Shown here piece by piece: positions 44,921 through 55,282 of a DNA stretch of 64,000 bases. Every line of letters begins with the position of its first letter. Position 1 is the first letter of the stretch. Both the position numbers and the translations under genes were made by a program. Source of the stretch: Candidatus Saccharimonadia bacterium (GTDB lineage Bacteria; Patescibacteriota; Saccharimonadia; Saccharimonadales; JALRHH01); assembly GCA_023253175.1 (NCBI GenBank), contig JALRHH010000001.1:492020-556019 (forward strand), read 5' to 3'. The notes under the pieces are model-generated. The model was given only the letters and a program-made list of their open reading frames with translations, was not told the DNA's origin and did no database searches.

Positions 44921-46264
44921 TTACGCAGCTTTATCTTCGGTAGAATCGTCTTTTTTGGTTTCTTCGTCAGAGTGACCGCGAAGCTTCTTGAGACGACGGA
45001 GGAATGAAGGCTTTTCAAGCTCATCTTCATCATCATCGAAACTTGAACTGACAATTGGTTCAAGCTTCGGTGATTCCTTAACCTCGTCTTTCTCATCCTT
45101 GTGATCATCCATGGACCAAATGTTTGGCATTGGGGTATCTGATTTGAAGTTGTCGACGTCAGATTCAGCCGGAAGGTCCACCTCCATATCTTGCATCAAA
45201 CTTTCATCTAGCTTTGTCTCTGCTGCGGGAGAAGCCACAGGAGAGGTCGGCGTCGTTGAAGTTGCACCAAAGGCCTGCGCCGGCTGCTGAGTACGCTCAC
45301 CAAAATATGAGGCATCAAAACCAGTCGCTACAACGGTAATAATAATCTCTCCCTCGAGATCAGGATTAATCGTTGCACCAAAGATAATGTTCGCATCTGG
45401 ATCAGCGGCGGCAGTGATTGTTTCTGCGGCAGCGTTGATCTCGTGCATAGACATGTCATTGCCACCAATCACATTAAAGAGTACGCCGCGTGCCCCATCG
45501 ATTGAGACTTCAAGCAGTGGTGATTCTACAGCCTGCTGAGCAGCCTTAACAGCACGATCGTCACCAGACGCGCGTCCGATACCCATTAGCGCAGAGCCAG
45601 CGCTGCTCATCACAGCCTTAACATCAGCAAAGTCGAGGTTAATAAGACCATGTACGGTAATAAGATCTGAGATACCTTGAACACCTTGACGGAGTACATC
45701 GTCTGCGACCTTAAATGCCTCGAGTAACGGCGTCTGGCGATCAATCGTTTGCAGTAATCGATCGTTAGGAATAACAATCAATGTATCTACGGCACTGCGG
45801 AGATTAGCTATTGCGCTGTCTGCGTTACGGCGACGCTTTTCACCTTCAAACGCAAATGGCTTCGTAGCAAAACCAACAACGAGAGCGCCGCTATCTTTTG
45901 CTACCTCAGCAACAACGTGACCAGCACCACTACCAGTACCACCACCGGCACCAATTGTAATAAATACCATGTCACTGCCTGCAACAGCTTTCTTAATCTC
46001 CTCAATGGATTCTCTTGCAGCTGTTTCACCCACAGAAGGGTCTGCTCCAGCGCCAAGACCTCTCGTAGTATCACTACCGATGTGAATTTTTGTCTGCGCC
46101 TGGGAATAGTGCAGTGCCTGCGCGTCAGTATTCACAGCGATGAACTCGACGTTCTCAACGCCGGCCTCAACCATACGGTTGACCGCTGCGCCGCCGGCAC
46201 CTCCAACACCTATAACCTTAATTCGAGCAAATGTTTCGATAGCTGGTGCAACCTGTTGTGCCAT
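44921..46264 (-). CDS. ftsZ: Cell division GTPase FtsZ
   Basis: [24 protein letters not shown] and the tubulin signature [16 protein letters not shown], followed by an acidic disordered C-terminal tail. The start is trimmed to ATG 46264 ([10 protein letters not shown]...). Confidence 0.95.
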   Translation of the reverse strand: MAQQVAPAIETFARIKVIGVGGAGGAAVNRMVEAGVENVEFIAVNTDAQALHYSQAQTKIHIGSDTTRGLGAGADPSVGETAARESIEEIKKAVAGSDMVFITIGAGGGTGSGAGHVVAEVAKDSGALVVGFATKPFAFEGEKRRRNADSAIANLRSAVDTLIVIPNDRLLQTIDRQTPLLEAFKVADDVLRQGVQGISDLITVHGLINLDFADVKAVMSSAGSALMGIGRASGDDRAVKAAQQAVESPLLEVSIDGARGVLFNVIGGNDMSMHEINAAAETITAAADPDANIIFGATINPDLEGEIIITVVATGFDASYFGERTQQPAQAFGATSTTPTSPVASPAAETKLDESLMQDMEVDLPAESDVDNFKSDTPMPNIWSMDDHKDEKDEVKESPKLEPIVSSSFDDDEDELEKPSFLRRLKKLRGHSDEETKKDDSTEDKAA

Positions 46265-46388
46265 ACTGTAATTCCCTTCTTTACAGACATTGTATAAGCT
46301 CATGTGCTGTAGCAGCACAAGACGCCATAAACATAGTTATAGATGGAGTATACCCGATGCGGGCGCTCCATTCAAATCTTGACCCTTG

Positions 46389-47618
46389 TTATCGCTTAAA
46401 TTTCTTAAATAACCCGTCCACAAAACCAAAAACGTTGCCATTTGGCTGACCACTAACCGGTGCATCACCAGGCATCAGCAGCATATCAAGCATCATGAGC
46501 CCAACCGCACTGGCGTATCCTGGATCCTGGACGGTATCAATGAGCCCTCCCATCGGCTGCAATTTACCGACCCTAGATGCGAGCTGCAACTTGTCTTTCG
46601 CAAAAGATGCGAGACCTGGCAGATTTGCCGTACCACCCACAAACACAACACCGCCAGGTAATTTCCGTGAACGATGTATTTTCTTGAGTTCCTTATCAAC
46701 GAGCTCAAGTAGTTCTTCGATGCGGGCTTCAGTGATCATGTGGACATCATCAGCTTCGAAGAAGTGCTTCCGCCCATCATGCTCTACATTAATGCGGCCC
46801 TTCGGACGATCATCCTGCAGTGAAGCATGCGTAATTTTAACTTTCTCAGCGATATCAAGATCAGTCTTGAGACCAATCGCAAGATCATTCGTAATATTCG
46901 TGCCGCCAACGGGGATGACAGCGACGTGCTGGACCTCACCATCTTCTACAACAACCATATTTGTTGTACCGGCACCAATATCAAGTAGTAACGTACCCGA
47001 TTCCTTTTGCTGTCGATTTAACACCGCCTCAGCAGAGGCAAGACTTGAAACGGTACGATGAACTGGAACCACACGTGCCTTATCCAGGACACTGTCCAGA
47101 TTACGCAAACTCGGTGTTGAGGCAGTTACAATATGGGTGTCGACCTCCAGCCTAATACCATGCATTCCAACTGGGTCCTTGATATTGTCCTGACCGTCAA
47201 CGCTATAATTTTTAGCAAAGACCTGAATAATCTCCCTGTTAGGGGGTAATTGTACGATTGTTGCAGCTTCCTCAACACGAAGACGATCGTTATCATCAAT
47301 CTCACGATTTGCTGCACTGATTGCGATAACGCCCTTTGAGTTAATACCGCTTACGTGGGCACCATTTACGTTTACGGTGGCGCTTTGAATATGTACACCA
47401 GAAACCCGCTCTGCCTCAGTAATAGCCTTGACGATAGCGTCTACAACATCATCAAGATGCACGATGCTGCCTTTTCGCATACCTAAATTAGGACTACTGC
47501 CGTGTCCTATGACAGATAGCCTCGAATCGTCAGAAGCTTCAAGCATACCGACCACACAGCGAACCATGCTCGTACCGATATCAAGACCAAAATAATGTTG
47601 CGATTCTTTATCGCGCAT
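46389..47618 (-). CDS. ftsA: Cell division protein FtsA
   Basis: Actin-like ATPase motifs: FGLDIGTSMVRCVVG, LLLDIGAGTTNMVV, VFVGGTANLPGL. It sits immediately upstream of ftsZ. ATG 47618 is preferred over TTG 47654. Confidence 0.9.
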   Translation of the reverse strand: MRDKESQHYFGLDIGTSMVRCVVGMLEASDDSRLSVIGHGSSPNLGMRKGSIVHLDDVVDAIVKAITEAERVSGVHIQSATVNVNGAHVSGINSKGVIAISAANREIDDNDRLRVEEAATIVQLPPNREIIQVFAKNYSVDGQDNIKDPVGMHGIRLEVDTHIVTASTPSLRNLDSVLDKARVVPVHRTVSSLASAEAVLNRQQKESGTLLLDIGAGTTNMVVVEDGEVQHVAVIPVGGTNITNDLAIGLKTDLDIAEKVKITHASLQDDRPKGRINVEHDGRKHFFEADDVHMITEARIEELLELVDKELKKIHRSRKLPGGVVFVGGTANLPGLASFAKDKLQLASRVGKLQPMGGLIDTVQDPGYASAVGLMMLDMLLMPGDAPVSGQPNGNVFGFVDGLFKKFKR

Positions 47619-47662
47619 GCGAGTAGTATACCGCTTAAGGATAGCGAGTGGCAACTAAATCG

Positions 47663-48412
47663 TTACAGCTTTGTCAGTATTTCGTAGCCACCTTCGGTGA
47701 TCAGGACCGTATGCTCGAAATGAGCCGCCAACGAACCATCCGCCGTACAGATCGTCCATTGATCGTCCGTAACGACAATGCGCTCGCTGCCAAGCGTAGC
47801 CATAGGCTCAATTGCAACCGTATCACCGGGCTGCAACAACACCCCGCTGCCCTTTCGGCCGTAGTTGGGAATATCAGGTGCTTCATGCATGCTATGGCCA
47901 ATACCGTGGCCAACGAGTTCCCTGACGATACCGAGCTTGTTTGCATTAAGCACGGTCTCGATCGCCGCAGCGATATCACCAGTCTTTACTGGACCAGTAA
48001 TGGCATCTATACCAGCATACAGACTTCTCTCTGTTGCTGATACGAGCCGCTGCGCCGCAGTATCTGTCGTACCGTCAACGATCATCGTAAAGGCACTGTC
48101 CGTCTTCATACCTTTGTACGCAATAACAAGATCAAATCCGACGACATCACCGCTCTTCAGTATGTAGTCAGTAGGGACGCTATGTACGACCTGATCGTTC
48201 GTTGAAATACAGATTGTACCCGGGAAGTTAACTTCTGACGTGCGGTAGGTTGCCTCGGCGCCGTAAGCTGCTATCTCTTTGGCGACCCACTCATCAAGCA
48301 TCTTCTCACTTATGCCAGGGACAACCTGCTTCTTAAGCCCCTCAAAGATAGTGGCAAGTATTTTGCCACATTCACGCATTGCCTTTAGCTCATCGGGTGT
48401 TTTAGTACGCAT
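47663..48412 (-). CDS. map: Methionine aminopeptidase, type I
   Basis: Pita-bread fold metal ligands in context: GDVVGFDLVIAYKGMKTDSA, LVGHGIGHSMHE, TVAIEPM, FEHTVLIT. Confidence 0.95.
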   Translation of the reverse strand: MRTKTPDELKAMRECGKILATIFEGLKKQVVPGISEKMLDEWVAKEIAAYGAEATYRTSEVNFPGTICISTNDQVVHSVPTDYILKSGDVVGFDLVIAYKGMKTDSAFTMIVDGTTDTAAQRLVSATERSLYAGIDAITGPVKTGDIAAAIETVLNANKLGIVRELVGHGIGHSMHEAPDIPNYGRKGSGVLLQPGDTVAIEPMATLGSERIVVTDDQWTICTADGSLAAHFEHTVLITEGGYEILTKL

Positions 48413-48414
48413 GC

Positions 48415-48951
48415 TTATACTGATGCAATCGCACCTACAATAGATTCGTGGATATCCTCAATCGCCCCAACACCGTTAATCTCAAAGACCGGTACACCAT
48501 TTTGCTTGAAGTCATCAATGATTGGCTGTGTTGCAGTTTCGTATTCGCGGAATCGCTCACGAATTGACTCCGCCTGATCATCCTGGCGGCCACGCTGTAA
48601 TAAACGGTCCAGCACCACTTCTTCAGATGCTTGCAGGTGAATTACTGCGGTAATGTCTAGCTGGCCGTGCCGACGCTGGGATAGCAGCCAGTCAGCCTGA
48701 GCAACCGTACGAGGAAATCCATCAAGTACAAATTCATGCTCAGTATCAACAATCCTAAAAATCTTCTGCACCAGAGAGATTATTTCTGAATCATCAAGTA
48801 GCTTACCCTCAAGCATCTCACGGCGACGCTCACCAGACACGAGCATACGAAGGAACTCACCTGTTGAGAGCCAAGGGTAGCCCAACCTATCAGCCAGCAA
48901 ACGCCCCTGCGCACTTTTACCTGAACCAGCAACACCCATGAATATAATCAC
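48415..48951 (-). CDS. adk: Adenylate kinase-family nucleoside monophosphate kinase (short, lid-less)
   Basis: GTG start and a P-loop at the N-terminus (MIIFMGVAGSGKSAQ). Contains STGEFLR and LDGFPRTVAQA. It has the conserved adk-map adjacency. Confidence 0.75.
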   Translation of the reverse strand: MIIFMGVAGSGKSAQGRLLADRLGYPWLSTGEFLRMLVSGERRREMLEGKLLDDSEIISLVQKIFRIVDTEHEFVLDGFPRTVAQADWLLSQRRHGQLDITAVIHLQASEEVVLDRLLQRGRQDDQAESIRERFREYETATQPIIDDFKQNGVPVFEINGVGAIEDIHESIVGAIASV

Positions 48952-48963
48952 TCGTAATCCCCT

Positions 48964-49419
48964 TTAACTAATACGTTCTTTTATGGCTGCAGCGATACGG
49001 CCACCATCAGCCGACGCTCCTACTCGAGCTTTTACGGCACCAATTGCCCTACCCATTGTCTCTTTTGAAATCTGTCCAAGTTCAGCCGCAACTTCATCGA
49101 CAATAGCCTGAAGCTCATCATCCGTTAACTGCTGAGGCAGATACTGTTCAATAACACGCTTCTCAAGTAACTCAGCATCTGCCTTTTCTTGGTTCGCGCC
49201 CTGCACATACAAATCTGCGCTTTCTTGGCGCTTCTTTGCTTCTTTGCTAAACAGTTCAATAATCTCTGGGTCAGAAAGTCCCGTATCACGAATACCCTTG
49301 GCAATCTCTACATTTAGAATTGCACCCTTAAGACCCCTAAGTGTTGTCGCAAGTGTTTTGTCTCCAGAAAGCATTGCTGCCTTAAGGTCGCTATTAAGCT
49401 GATCTTTAATCTTATTCAT
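48964..49419 (-). CDS. GatB/YqeY domain-containing protein
   Basis: MNKIKDQLNSDLKAAMLSGDKTLATTLRGLKGAILNVEIAKG...YLPQQLTDDELQAIVDEV...MGRAIGAVKARVGASADGGRIAAAIKE. The ORF-track start (49569) runs through the rpsU terminator and rpsU itself; ATG 49419 is used. Confidence 0.85.
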   Translation of the reverse strand: MNKIKDQLNSDLKAAMLSGDKTLATTLRGLKGAILNVEIAKGIRDTGLSDPEIIELFSKEAKKRQESADLYVQGANQEKADAELLEKRVIEQYLPQQLTDDELQAIVDEVAAELGQISKETMGRAIGAVKARVGASADGGRIAAAIKERIS

Positions 49420-49450
49420 CACCAGTAGTGTATCAGAGAAACAACACCTC

Positions 49451-49481
49451 TCAAAACAAAAGGGCCCGGATATCCGGGCCC
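49451..49481 (-). terminator. Rho-independent terminator after rpsU
   Basis: Minus-sense GGGCCCGGA-TA-TCCGGGCCC followed by TTTTGTTTTGA. Perfect 9-bp GC stem (49462..49481). Confidence 0.75.
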
Positions 49482-49489
49482 TTTTGTTT

Positions 49490-49705
49490 CTATTTACCGC
49501 CGAGTTTGATCTTCTTGATCTTGAGGTTTTTACGCTCGCGACGGATGATTGCCTTCTCGCGGCGATCACGCTTGCTCATTGGCTTTTCAAAGTACTGTGA
49601 CTGTTTTGCCGCAGTAATCACACCAGCCTGCTGAACCTTGCGCGTAAAACGACGGATAAGGTTTTCTGTTGATTCCTTAGAATCTTTACGTGTTACTTGT
49701 ATCAT
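49490..49705 (-). CDS. rpsU: 30S ribosomal protein S21
   Basis: MIQVTRKDSKESTENLIRRFTRKVQQAGVITAAKQSQYFEKPMSKRDRREKAIIRRERK. Typical S21 sequence and length. Confidence 0.95.
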   Translation of the reverse strand: MIQVTRKDSKESTENLIRRFTRKVQQAGVITAAKQSQYFEKPMSKRDRREKAIIRRERKNLKIKKIKLGGK

Positions 49706-49744
49706 GGTGATTATTCTATACTAACAGATGAAACAATGCAAATA

Positions 49745-50038
49745 TTAGTTTGGTGTCTGCTTGCTCTTTTGCGTAATACGTTGTGATTTCAACACTATAC
49801 TCTGCAGCTCTTTGAAGATTGCAAAGTGCTTATTAGTTGAGTAGATCTTGGTATTACCTTGACGCTCTGAAACGAGGAAGCCTATCTTTTCAAGGCGTTT
49901 GAGTTCTCGCTGAATATTACCGGCATCTTCTTTAATGAGCTTCGCGAGTCCACGAACGTGCGTCTTAAAGTCGGGGTACTTTGCGTACACCACGATAATC
50001 TTGCGCCTCACTCTGGAAGTAATAAATACGTCTAACAT
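49745..50038 (-). CDS. Small winged-helix (ArsR/PadR-like) transcriptional regulator
   Basis: 97 aa with HVRGLAKLIKEDAGNIQRELKRLEKIGFLVSERQGNTKIYSTN, a helix-turn-helix plus wing pattern. Divergent from priA. Confidence 0.6.
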   Translation of the reverse strand: MLDVFITSRVRRKIIVVYAKYPDFKTHVRGLAKLIKEDAGNIQRELKRLEKIGFLVSERQGNTKIYSTNKHFAIFKELQSIVLKSQRITQKSKQTPN

Positions 50039-50132
50039 AAGCTTCTCTATTGTTATTAGGACAACGTCAAGTATACGTCAGCCTGAAACGTATTTCAACA
50101 TAATATTGGACAAAACATCTATACTATAGGGT

Positions 50133-52064
50133 ATGTACTTCTATGAGGTGTTTGTCAGTAGCCAGCGCTACCACGGAGACGCAGCCCTAACTTACAGCTC
50201 TGCAACAGAGCTTTCTGAAGGGTTTATTGTTCGCGTACCGCTTGGCAACCAGGCGGTGACCGGATTCGTAGCCAGAAAAGTAGCAAAGCCTTCTTTTGCC
50301 ACGAAAGAAATCCTGACAGTCCTATCCCAAACACCCATGCCTCTTGCACTTACTGCACTTCACACCTGGCTTAAGGATTATTATCCGGGACCTTCAGGTA
50401 TTATTACCCAGCTATTTCTACCAACCGGCCTTGAAACAAAATCAAGACGCAAACCAAAGCTACCGACCGATGCCCCAGCGACCTCCTTGCCGCCGCTCAC
50501 GGAAGAGCAATTAGCTGCCGTCACGACGATTCATGCTAGTTCTGACACATCTTTCTTGCTTCACGGCGAGACAGGAAGCGGCAAAACAAGGGTGTATCTT
50601 GAACTTGCCAAAGCGGTCATAGAGGCAGGCAAATCAGCTATTATCCTCACGCCCGAAATTGGGCTCACGACACAGCTCTCTGCCCGCTTCACAGAAGCTT
50701 TTCCTGGCATCGTCACTATACTGCACTCAAACCAAACAATGGCCGAAAGACGTGATAACTGGCAAGCTATCATAGGCCGTGAAATCCCCCAGATCGTTAT
50801 TGGCCCGCGCTCAGCCCTGTTCGCGCCACTTAAAGAAGTGGGACTTATCGTATTAGACGAATGTCACGATGCAGCCTACAAACAAGATCAAATGCCCTAC
50901 TATCAGACCTCTCGGGTGGCGGCAAAGCTTGCTCAAATCCATACAGCAAAGCTTATCTTGGGATCAGCCACACCCTCTGTCAGTGATTATTTTGCGTTCA
51001 GCCAAAAATCACTACCAATTATTCGGATGAAAGAGCTCGCCAAAGGCAAGAGCGACCTCACCATCAGCGTAGTAGACCTAAAAGACAGACAAAAATTCAG
51101 CAAATCACCTTGGCTATCAGATGGCCTCATCAAAGATATTGAATCGGCCATACAGGACGGATATCAGAGTCTGATATTCCTAAACAGGAGAGGTACTGCG
51201 AGAGTTGTGATGTGCGGCCACTGTGGATGGCAAGCCATGTGCCCTCGGTGTGATCTTCCACTAACATACCACGGCGATAAACATAAGCTGCAGTGCCACA
51301 CCTGTGGTTTTAGCGAAAGAACACCGCTTTCCTGCCCAGAATGCAAAAAACCAGAAATCCAATATAAGAGCATCGGAACTAAGACGCTGCACCAGGAAGT
51401 AGAGCGGCTCTTTCCTGAGGCAGCTATTGCTCGCTTCGATAGTGACAATACCAAAGCAGAGGCTATGGATACTCTGTTTGAGTCAGTCGTATCAGGCAAT
51501 ATTGATATCCTTGTCGGAACCCAGGTACTCAGCAAAGGTCTCGATCTTCCACTTCTTAAAGCTGTCGGTGTGGTACTGGCAGACACCGGCTTATATTTCC
51601 CTGATTACAGCGCTGAAGAACGAACATTCCAGATGCTTCATCAGGTGATTGGGCGCGTCGGACGCGGTCACACTACTGGGAGCGTTACCCTGCAAAGCTA
51701 CAATCCTGACAGTGTACCGTTAAAATCCGCAGTTAACAGAGATTATGCATCATTTTATGACTCACAAATTAAGGAAAGAAATCTTTACCGATTTCCGCCG
51801 TACTATTTTGTACTCAAAATATCAGTCGAAAGAGCTCAACAACTGACCGCGAGGAAGGCCGCCCATGACCTATCGCAAGACCTCCTGTCCGCAAGGTTAG
51901 CCATTGAGCTAACGGGGCCCTCGCCCGCATTTATCGAAAAATCAAATAACAAGTACAAGTGGCAAATACTTGTTAAGGCAAAGCAGCGCGGAGAGCTTGT
52001 TAAGGCTATAAAACTGCTCCCAAAAAACTGCTCTTACGATATAGATCCAACAAATTTGTTGTAA
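50133..52064 (+). CDS. priA: Primosomal protein N' (replication restart helicase PriA)
   Basis: Walker A (GETGSGKT), a DEAH-like box (LDECHD) and the Cys-rich zinc-binding insert CGHCGWQAMCPRCDLPLTYHGDKHKLQCHTCGFSERTPLSCPEC. Confidence 0.9.
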   Translation: MYFYEVFVSSQRYHGDAALTYSSATELSEGFIVRVPLGNQAVTGFVARKVAKPSFATKEILTVLSQTPMPLALTALHTWLKDYYPGPSGIITQLFLPTGLETKSRRKPKLPTDAPATSLPPLTEEQLAAVTTIHASSDTSFLLHGETGSGKTRVYLELAKAVIEAGKSAIILTPEIGLTTQLSARFTEAFPGIVTILHSNQTMAERRDNWQAIIGREIPQIVIGPRSALFAPLKEVGLIVLDECHDAAYKQDQMPYYQTSRVAAKLAQIHTAKLILGSATPSVSDYFAFSQKSLPIIRMKELAKGKSDLTISVVDLKDRQKFSKSPWLSDGLIKDIESAIQDGYQSLIFLNRRGTARVVMCGHCGWQAMCPRCDLPLTYHGDKHKLQCHTCGFSERTPLSCPECKKPEIQYKSIGTKTLHQEVERLFPEAAIARFDSDNTKAEAMDTLFESVVSGNIDILVGTQVLSKGLDLPLLKAVGVVLADTGLYFPDYSAEERTFQMLHQVIGRVGRGHTTGSVTLQSYNPDSVPLKSAVNRDYASFYDSQIKERNLYRFPPYYFVLKISVERAQQLTARKAAHDLSQDLLSARLAIELTGPSPAFIEKSNNKYKWQILVKAKQRGELVKAIKLLPKNCSYDIDPTNLL

Positions 52065-52117
52065 GCATAACCACAAGCATTTTCGATAAGAGGTATTTCA
52101 GGTATACTCTATAGCTA

Positions 52118-52693
52118 ATGAATAAAGAAAATATTATCACCCTACCCCACGCAAGCCTCCGCCAACGCTCAAAGAAAGTTGGCCTTGTTAGTGAAGAAAT
52201 CAAAAAACTTATAACGGATATGGAAGCCGCCACACTCGATTGGGAGGACAGTCGTGCTCACGAAGTCGGTGTTGCTTTAGCGGCAGTCCAAATCGACAGC
52301 TTGCTGCGAGTTGTAGTTGTACGTAATAATTTTGACAACAAAAAAGATAGAACATTCCAAGTGTTCATCAACCCAGAAATCACAAAGTACGAAGGTAAGC
52401 TCGTTGAAGATTACGAAGGCTGTCTGAGTATCAAAGATATTTACGGAAGTGTGAAGCGATACGAGAAGGTCCGAGTTAAAGCCATCGATGAAAACGGTCA
52501 ACCCGTTCGCTTGACGGCCGAGGGATTCCTAGCACGAGTGTTCCAGCATGAAATAGACCATACAAATGGCATCGTATTTATAGACCACATCAAAGAAGAC
52601 AGCAGTGCTTTCTTCAGACTTGATGAAAAAGGTCACCTAGAGCCTCTAGACTACGAGTCTGATATCAAAAATAACGCAGACCTCTGGGGCTAG
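52118..52693 (+). CDS. def: Peptide deformylase
   Basis: All three motifs are present: GVALAAVQI, EGCLS, HEIDH. Confidence 0.95.
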   Translation: MNKENIITLPHASLRQRSKKVGLVSEEIKKLITDMEAATLDWEDSRAHEVGVALAAVQIDSLLRVVVVRNNFDNKKDRTFQVFINPEITKYEGKLVEDYEGCLSIKDIYGSVKRYEKVRVKAIDENGQPVRLTAEGFLARVFQHEIDHTNGIVFIDHIKEDSSAFFRLDEKGHLEPLDYESDIKNNADLWG

Positions 52694-52696
52694 AAT

Positions 52697-53596
52697 ATGA
52701 ATAACCCCTCTCCCATCGTGTTCTTCGGGAGTGGTCCTGTGGCAGCCGCTTCCCTTGAACTGCTTCGGCAGCACCAAGAGGTAGTTGCCGTAGTCACCAA
52801 GCCCACCACTCAGCACGAAATGGAATTAGCATCTGGGGGTGCAAAGGTTTACTCTGTCAGCACAAAAAAAGAACTTGATGAGCTGATCTCATCTGGTATC
52901 TTTGCGAACATACGCCTCGCAGTCCTCATAGACTTTGGAATTATTGTATCGAGCCTCGTTATTAGCAGTTTTGAGCTCGGCATCATTAATAGTCACTTCT
53001 CCGTATTACCACAGCTTCGCGGCGCCGACCCCATTAGCTTTGCTATACTAAGCGGCCAAGAATCTACAGGAGTCAGCCTGATGATGATTGAGGAGGGCAT
53101 GGATACTGGGAAAGTCCTCACAACCAGAAGCCTTAAGATCGACGTCCAAGACACAACCCCAAGTCTCACAAATAAGTTAATACAACTCAGTGACGAACTC
53201 CTCAAAGAGAAGATTCCTCTCTATACTGCCGGAGCAATACAGCCTCGGAATCAATCACATCCAGATAGAGCCACGTATTCCAGGAAGCTTGCAAAAGAAG
53301 ATGGCATCATAGACTGGGAAAAGCCAGCCAGCGTCATTGAACGAGAGATACGAGCCTTCATCGAATGGCCAAAGAGTCGAACCATGATTGCAGATAAAGA
53401 TGTCGTCATCACAAAGGCTCACGCTTCTGATGATGACACCATTGGCAAACCCGGGGATATTGTTATTTTCGGAAAAGAAGCAATTGGGGTAACCACTGCA
53501 TCTGGAATACTTTGGATTGATGAGCTGAAGCCCGCAGGCAAAAAAGAAATGCCAGCGAAGGCATTCCTCGCTGGCTATCGACAATTACTCGGGTAA
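52697..53596 (+). CDS. fmt: Methionyl-tRNA formyltransferase
   Basis: IVFFGSGPVAAASL, INSHFSVLPQLRGADPI and a C-terminal Formyl_trans_C-like region. It has the def-fmt adjacency. Confidence 0.95.
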   Translation: MNNPSPIVFFGSGPVAAASLELLRQHQEVVAVVTKPTTQHEMELASGGAKVYSVSTKKELDELISSGIFANIRLAVLIDFGIIVSSLVISSFELGIINSHFSVLPQLRGADPISFAILSGQESTGVSLMMIEEGMDTGKVLTTRSLKIDVQDTTPSLTNKLIQLSDELLKEKIPLYTAGAIQPRNQSHPDRATYSRKLAKEDGIIDWEKPASVIEREIRAFIEWPKSRTMIADKDVVITKAHASDDDTIGKPGDIVIFGKEAIGVTTASGILWIDELKPAGKKEMPAKAFLAGYRQLLG

Positions 53597-53920
53597 TTAT
53601 TGAGCTGGCTGCTGCGAAGCTGCAACAATTTGCGGCGCCTGAGCCTTAATCTCTGCTTTAAGTTTCTCGAGTTCATCAGCAACGACCTGCTTGTAGTTCG
53701 GAAAGTTTGTTTCGAGCCACTTTAGTGCTCCGGCCTCGTCATTGCTATCAATGAATGCCTCGAATTCATCAAGCTGCTCGTTAGTCATCTGCTGAGCTAA
53801 TGTCATGCCAACACGCATTTCGAGCGTCTCATAGATGTGACCCAGCATGGCTCGCTTATCCTCGGCAGGAAGTGCGCCAAGTCCTAGTTCATTCAGAAGA
53901 TTATCATCAAGTTTAAACAT
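53597..53920 (-). CDS. Small acidic helical protein, DUF5663-like
   Basis: MFKLDDNLLNELGLGALPAEDKRAMLGHIYETLEMRVGMTLAQQMTNEQLDEFEAFIDSNDEAGALKWLETNFPNYKQVV. This is from memory of the family pattern, not a search. Its stop abuts the fmt stop with a 0-nt gap (convergent genes). Confidence 0.5.
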   Translation of the reverse strand: MFKLDDNLLNELGLGALPAEDKRAMLGHIYETLEMRVGMTLAQQMTNEQLDEFEAFIDSNDEAGALKWLETNFPNYKQVVADELEKLKAEIKAQAPQIVAASQQPAQ

Positions 53921-53941
53921 CGTATCATTAACCCTTTCTAT

Positions 53942-55264
53942 TTAGTATTTTACCACCAGATAGGCGATAGTACCCAGTACGATCAAACAAATCGCAGCCC
54001 AAAAGCCGCGCGCTGCCGCCCTTCTATAGAATTCACGCGCTGCCTCGTCAGATACAAACGGCAAATCTTTGGCATTGTCAGATCCTGCCACCTTTGATGA
54101 AGCCGCCATGCCTGCTGCAGTGCTTGCGGCAACTACAGACCCAACTGACGCAGCACCAGCAGCCGCCACAGGGTGAGACTTATCATCTTTTACTTCGTGG
54201 CTTCGTTCAAAGGCACGCTCAACAGGCACGTCATGCTCTGCAGCCTCAGCCACCTGCTCTGCGATGTTATTAGGCCGTACCACTTCAGAAGATTGTGCAA
54301 CTTTATCGCTTGTCTCCTGCGGAGATGTCCGCTCTGGAGCCCCTCTGACTTCTTGCCTTGGCGACTCCTTTCTTTCAGAAGGAGTAGTGCGAGATTCTAA
54401 AGCAGGAATTCGACCCCTGTCTGAGACTTGAGATTCCATAGTAGAACGTGCCTTTTTCAGCTGCTCAATCTGCTGCTTGTTTTCAGAAACTACCTTTTCT
54501 AGCTCTTTCTGCAAGGCACTACCGTGATCCTGCTCCTTCTTAAACGCATCAATCTTTTTATTGGTTCGCGCTTCGAGTTTTTTGTCTGCACGTTTACGGC
54601 CTACGTACTCGGCACCCACAAGGGCAATTGGTAGCAGATTACTGCCCCGCCGCTCAATTACAGTTTCTGTAGGAACTTTTTTTTCAGTTGGCAGAGAGTC
54701 CACGGTTGGCTGACGGTCCTGCTGGCCAAAATCAATCGTGACCTCCCCATTATCAAGCGGTAAAGAGGGCGCATCAGGTACCGTCTCTTCGGCAATGGGC
54801 GCAGCATCCATAATACGCTCTGACGTATGGTGAGCAGGGTTAGTATCGCTAGCTGCAGGCTGGGTCGGTGCCGCTACCAGAGAAGGTGTAGGCCGAGTAG
54901 AGACGTTCACATTCTCGTCATCATCATCTTGCTGCTCGCCAACACCCTGCTGGCCCTGTTCAATTCTGGATGCAAAGCGAGTAATATTTGCCCACACATC
55001 GTGATTAAATTCGTGCTGCTGCTCGGGCATATCAGTGCTTAGATGGGCTGGCTTTTCTACAATACCAGGGAACAAACGCGCAAATAATCGCTGCATACGC
55101 TTCGGTTTTTCAGCCTCTTGCCCTTCTCCGGCAGTATGTGATGAGGCTTCTCTACCCCGTAGGCTCGATAAGTAGTTCGAAAGCTTACTACCACGCTTTT
55201 TCTTCGTGTTAGTCGATTCTGTATTTTCGTCCTGTTCTTCTGGACCGAGTGGACGGTTTTCCAT
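53942..55264 (-). CDS. Hypothetical low-complexity/coiled-coil protein with a C-terminal TM anchor (440 aa)
   Basis: ATG at 55264. Charged, Glu/Gln/Pro-rich, with a coiled-coil segment (KKIDAFKKEQDHGSALQKELEKVVSENKQQIEQLKKA). C-terminal helix GFWAAICLIVLGTIAYLVV. Confidence 0.55.
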   Translation of the reverse strand: MENRPLGPEEQDENTESTNTKKKRGSKLSNYLSSLRGREASSHTAGEGQEAEKPKRMQRLFARLFPGIVEKPAHLSTDMPEQQHEFNHDVWANITRFASRIEQGQQGVGEQQDDDDENVNVSTRPTPSLVAAPTQPAASDTNPAHHTSERIMDAAPIAEETVPDAPSLPLDNGEVTIDFGQQDRQPTVDSLPTEKKVPTETVIERRGSNLLPIALVGAEYVGRKRADKKLEARTNKKIDAFKKEQDHGSALQKELEKVVSENKQQIEQLKKARSTMESQVSDRGRIPALESRTTPSERKESPRQEVRGAPERTSPQETSDKVAQSSEVVRPNNIAEQVAEAAEHDVPVERAFERSHEVKDDKSHPVAAAGAASVGSVVAASTAAGMAASSKVAGSDNAKDLPFVSDEAAREFYRRAAARGFWAAICLIVLGTIAYLVVKY

Positions 55265-55282
55265 CCCTATATTATACCACGT

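Noticed and set aside
48964-49569. ORF-track N-terminal extensions (49569 for the YqeY-like gene; also 44213, 44777, 46318, 47654, 58228, 59916, 35914, 37280, 40602)
   Set aside because: The extensions start at TTG/GTG codons, lack SD sequences, run through terminators or upstream genes, and precede an ATG that has a proper SD and a conserved N-terminal motif. The starts were trimmed accordingly.
53594-53599. Zero-nt gap between the convergent stops of fmt (TAA 53594..53596) and the DUF5663-like gene (TAA 53599..53597)
   Set aside because: This is compact-genome packing and needs no special mechanism. No hairpin is evident.
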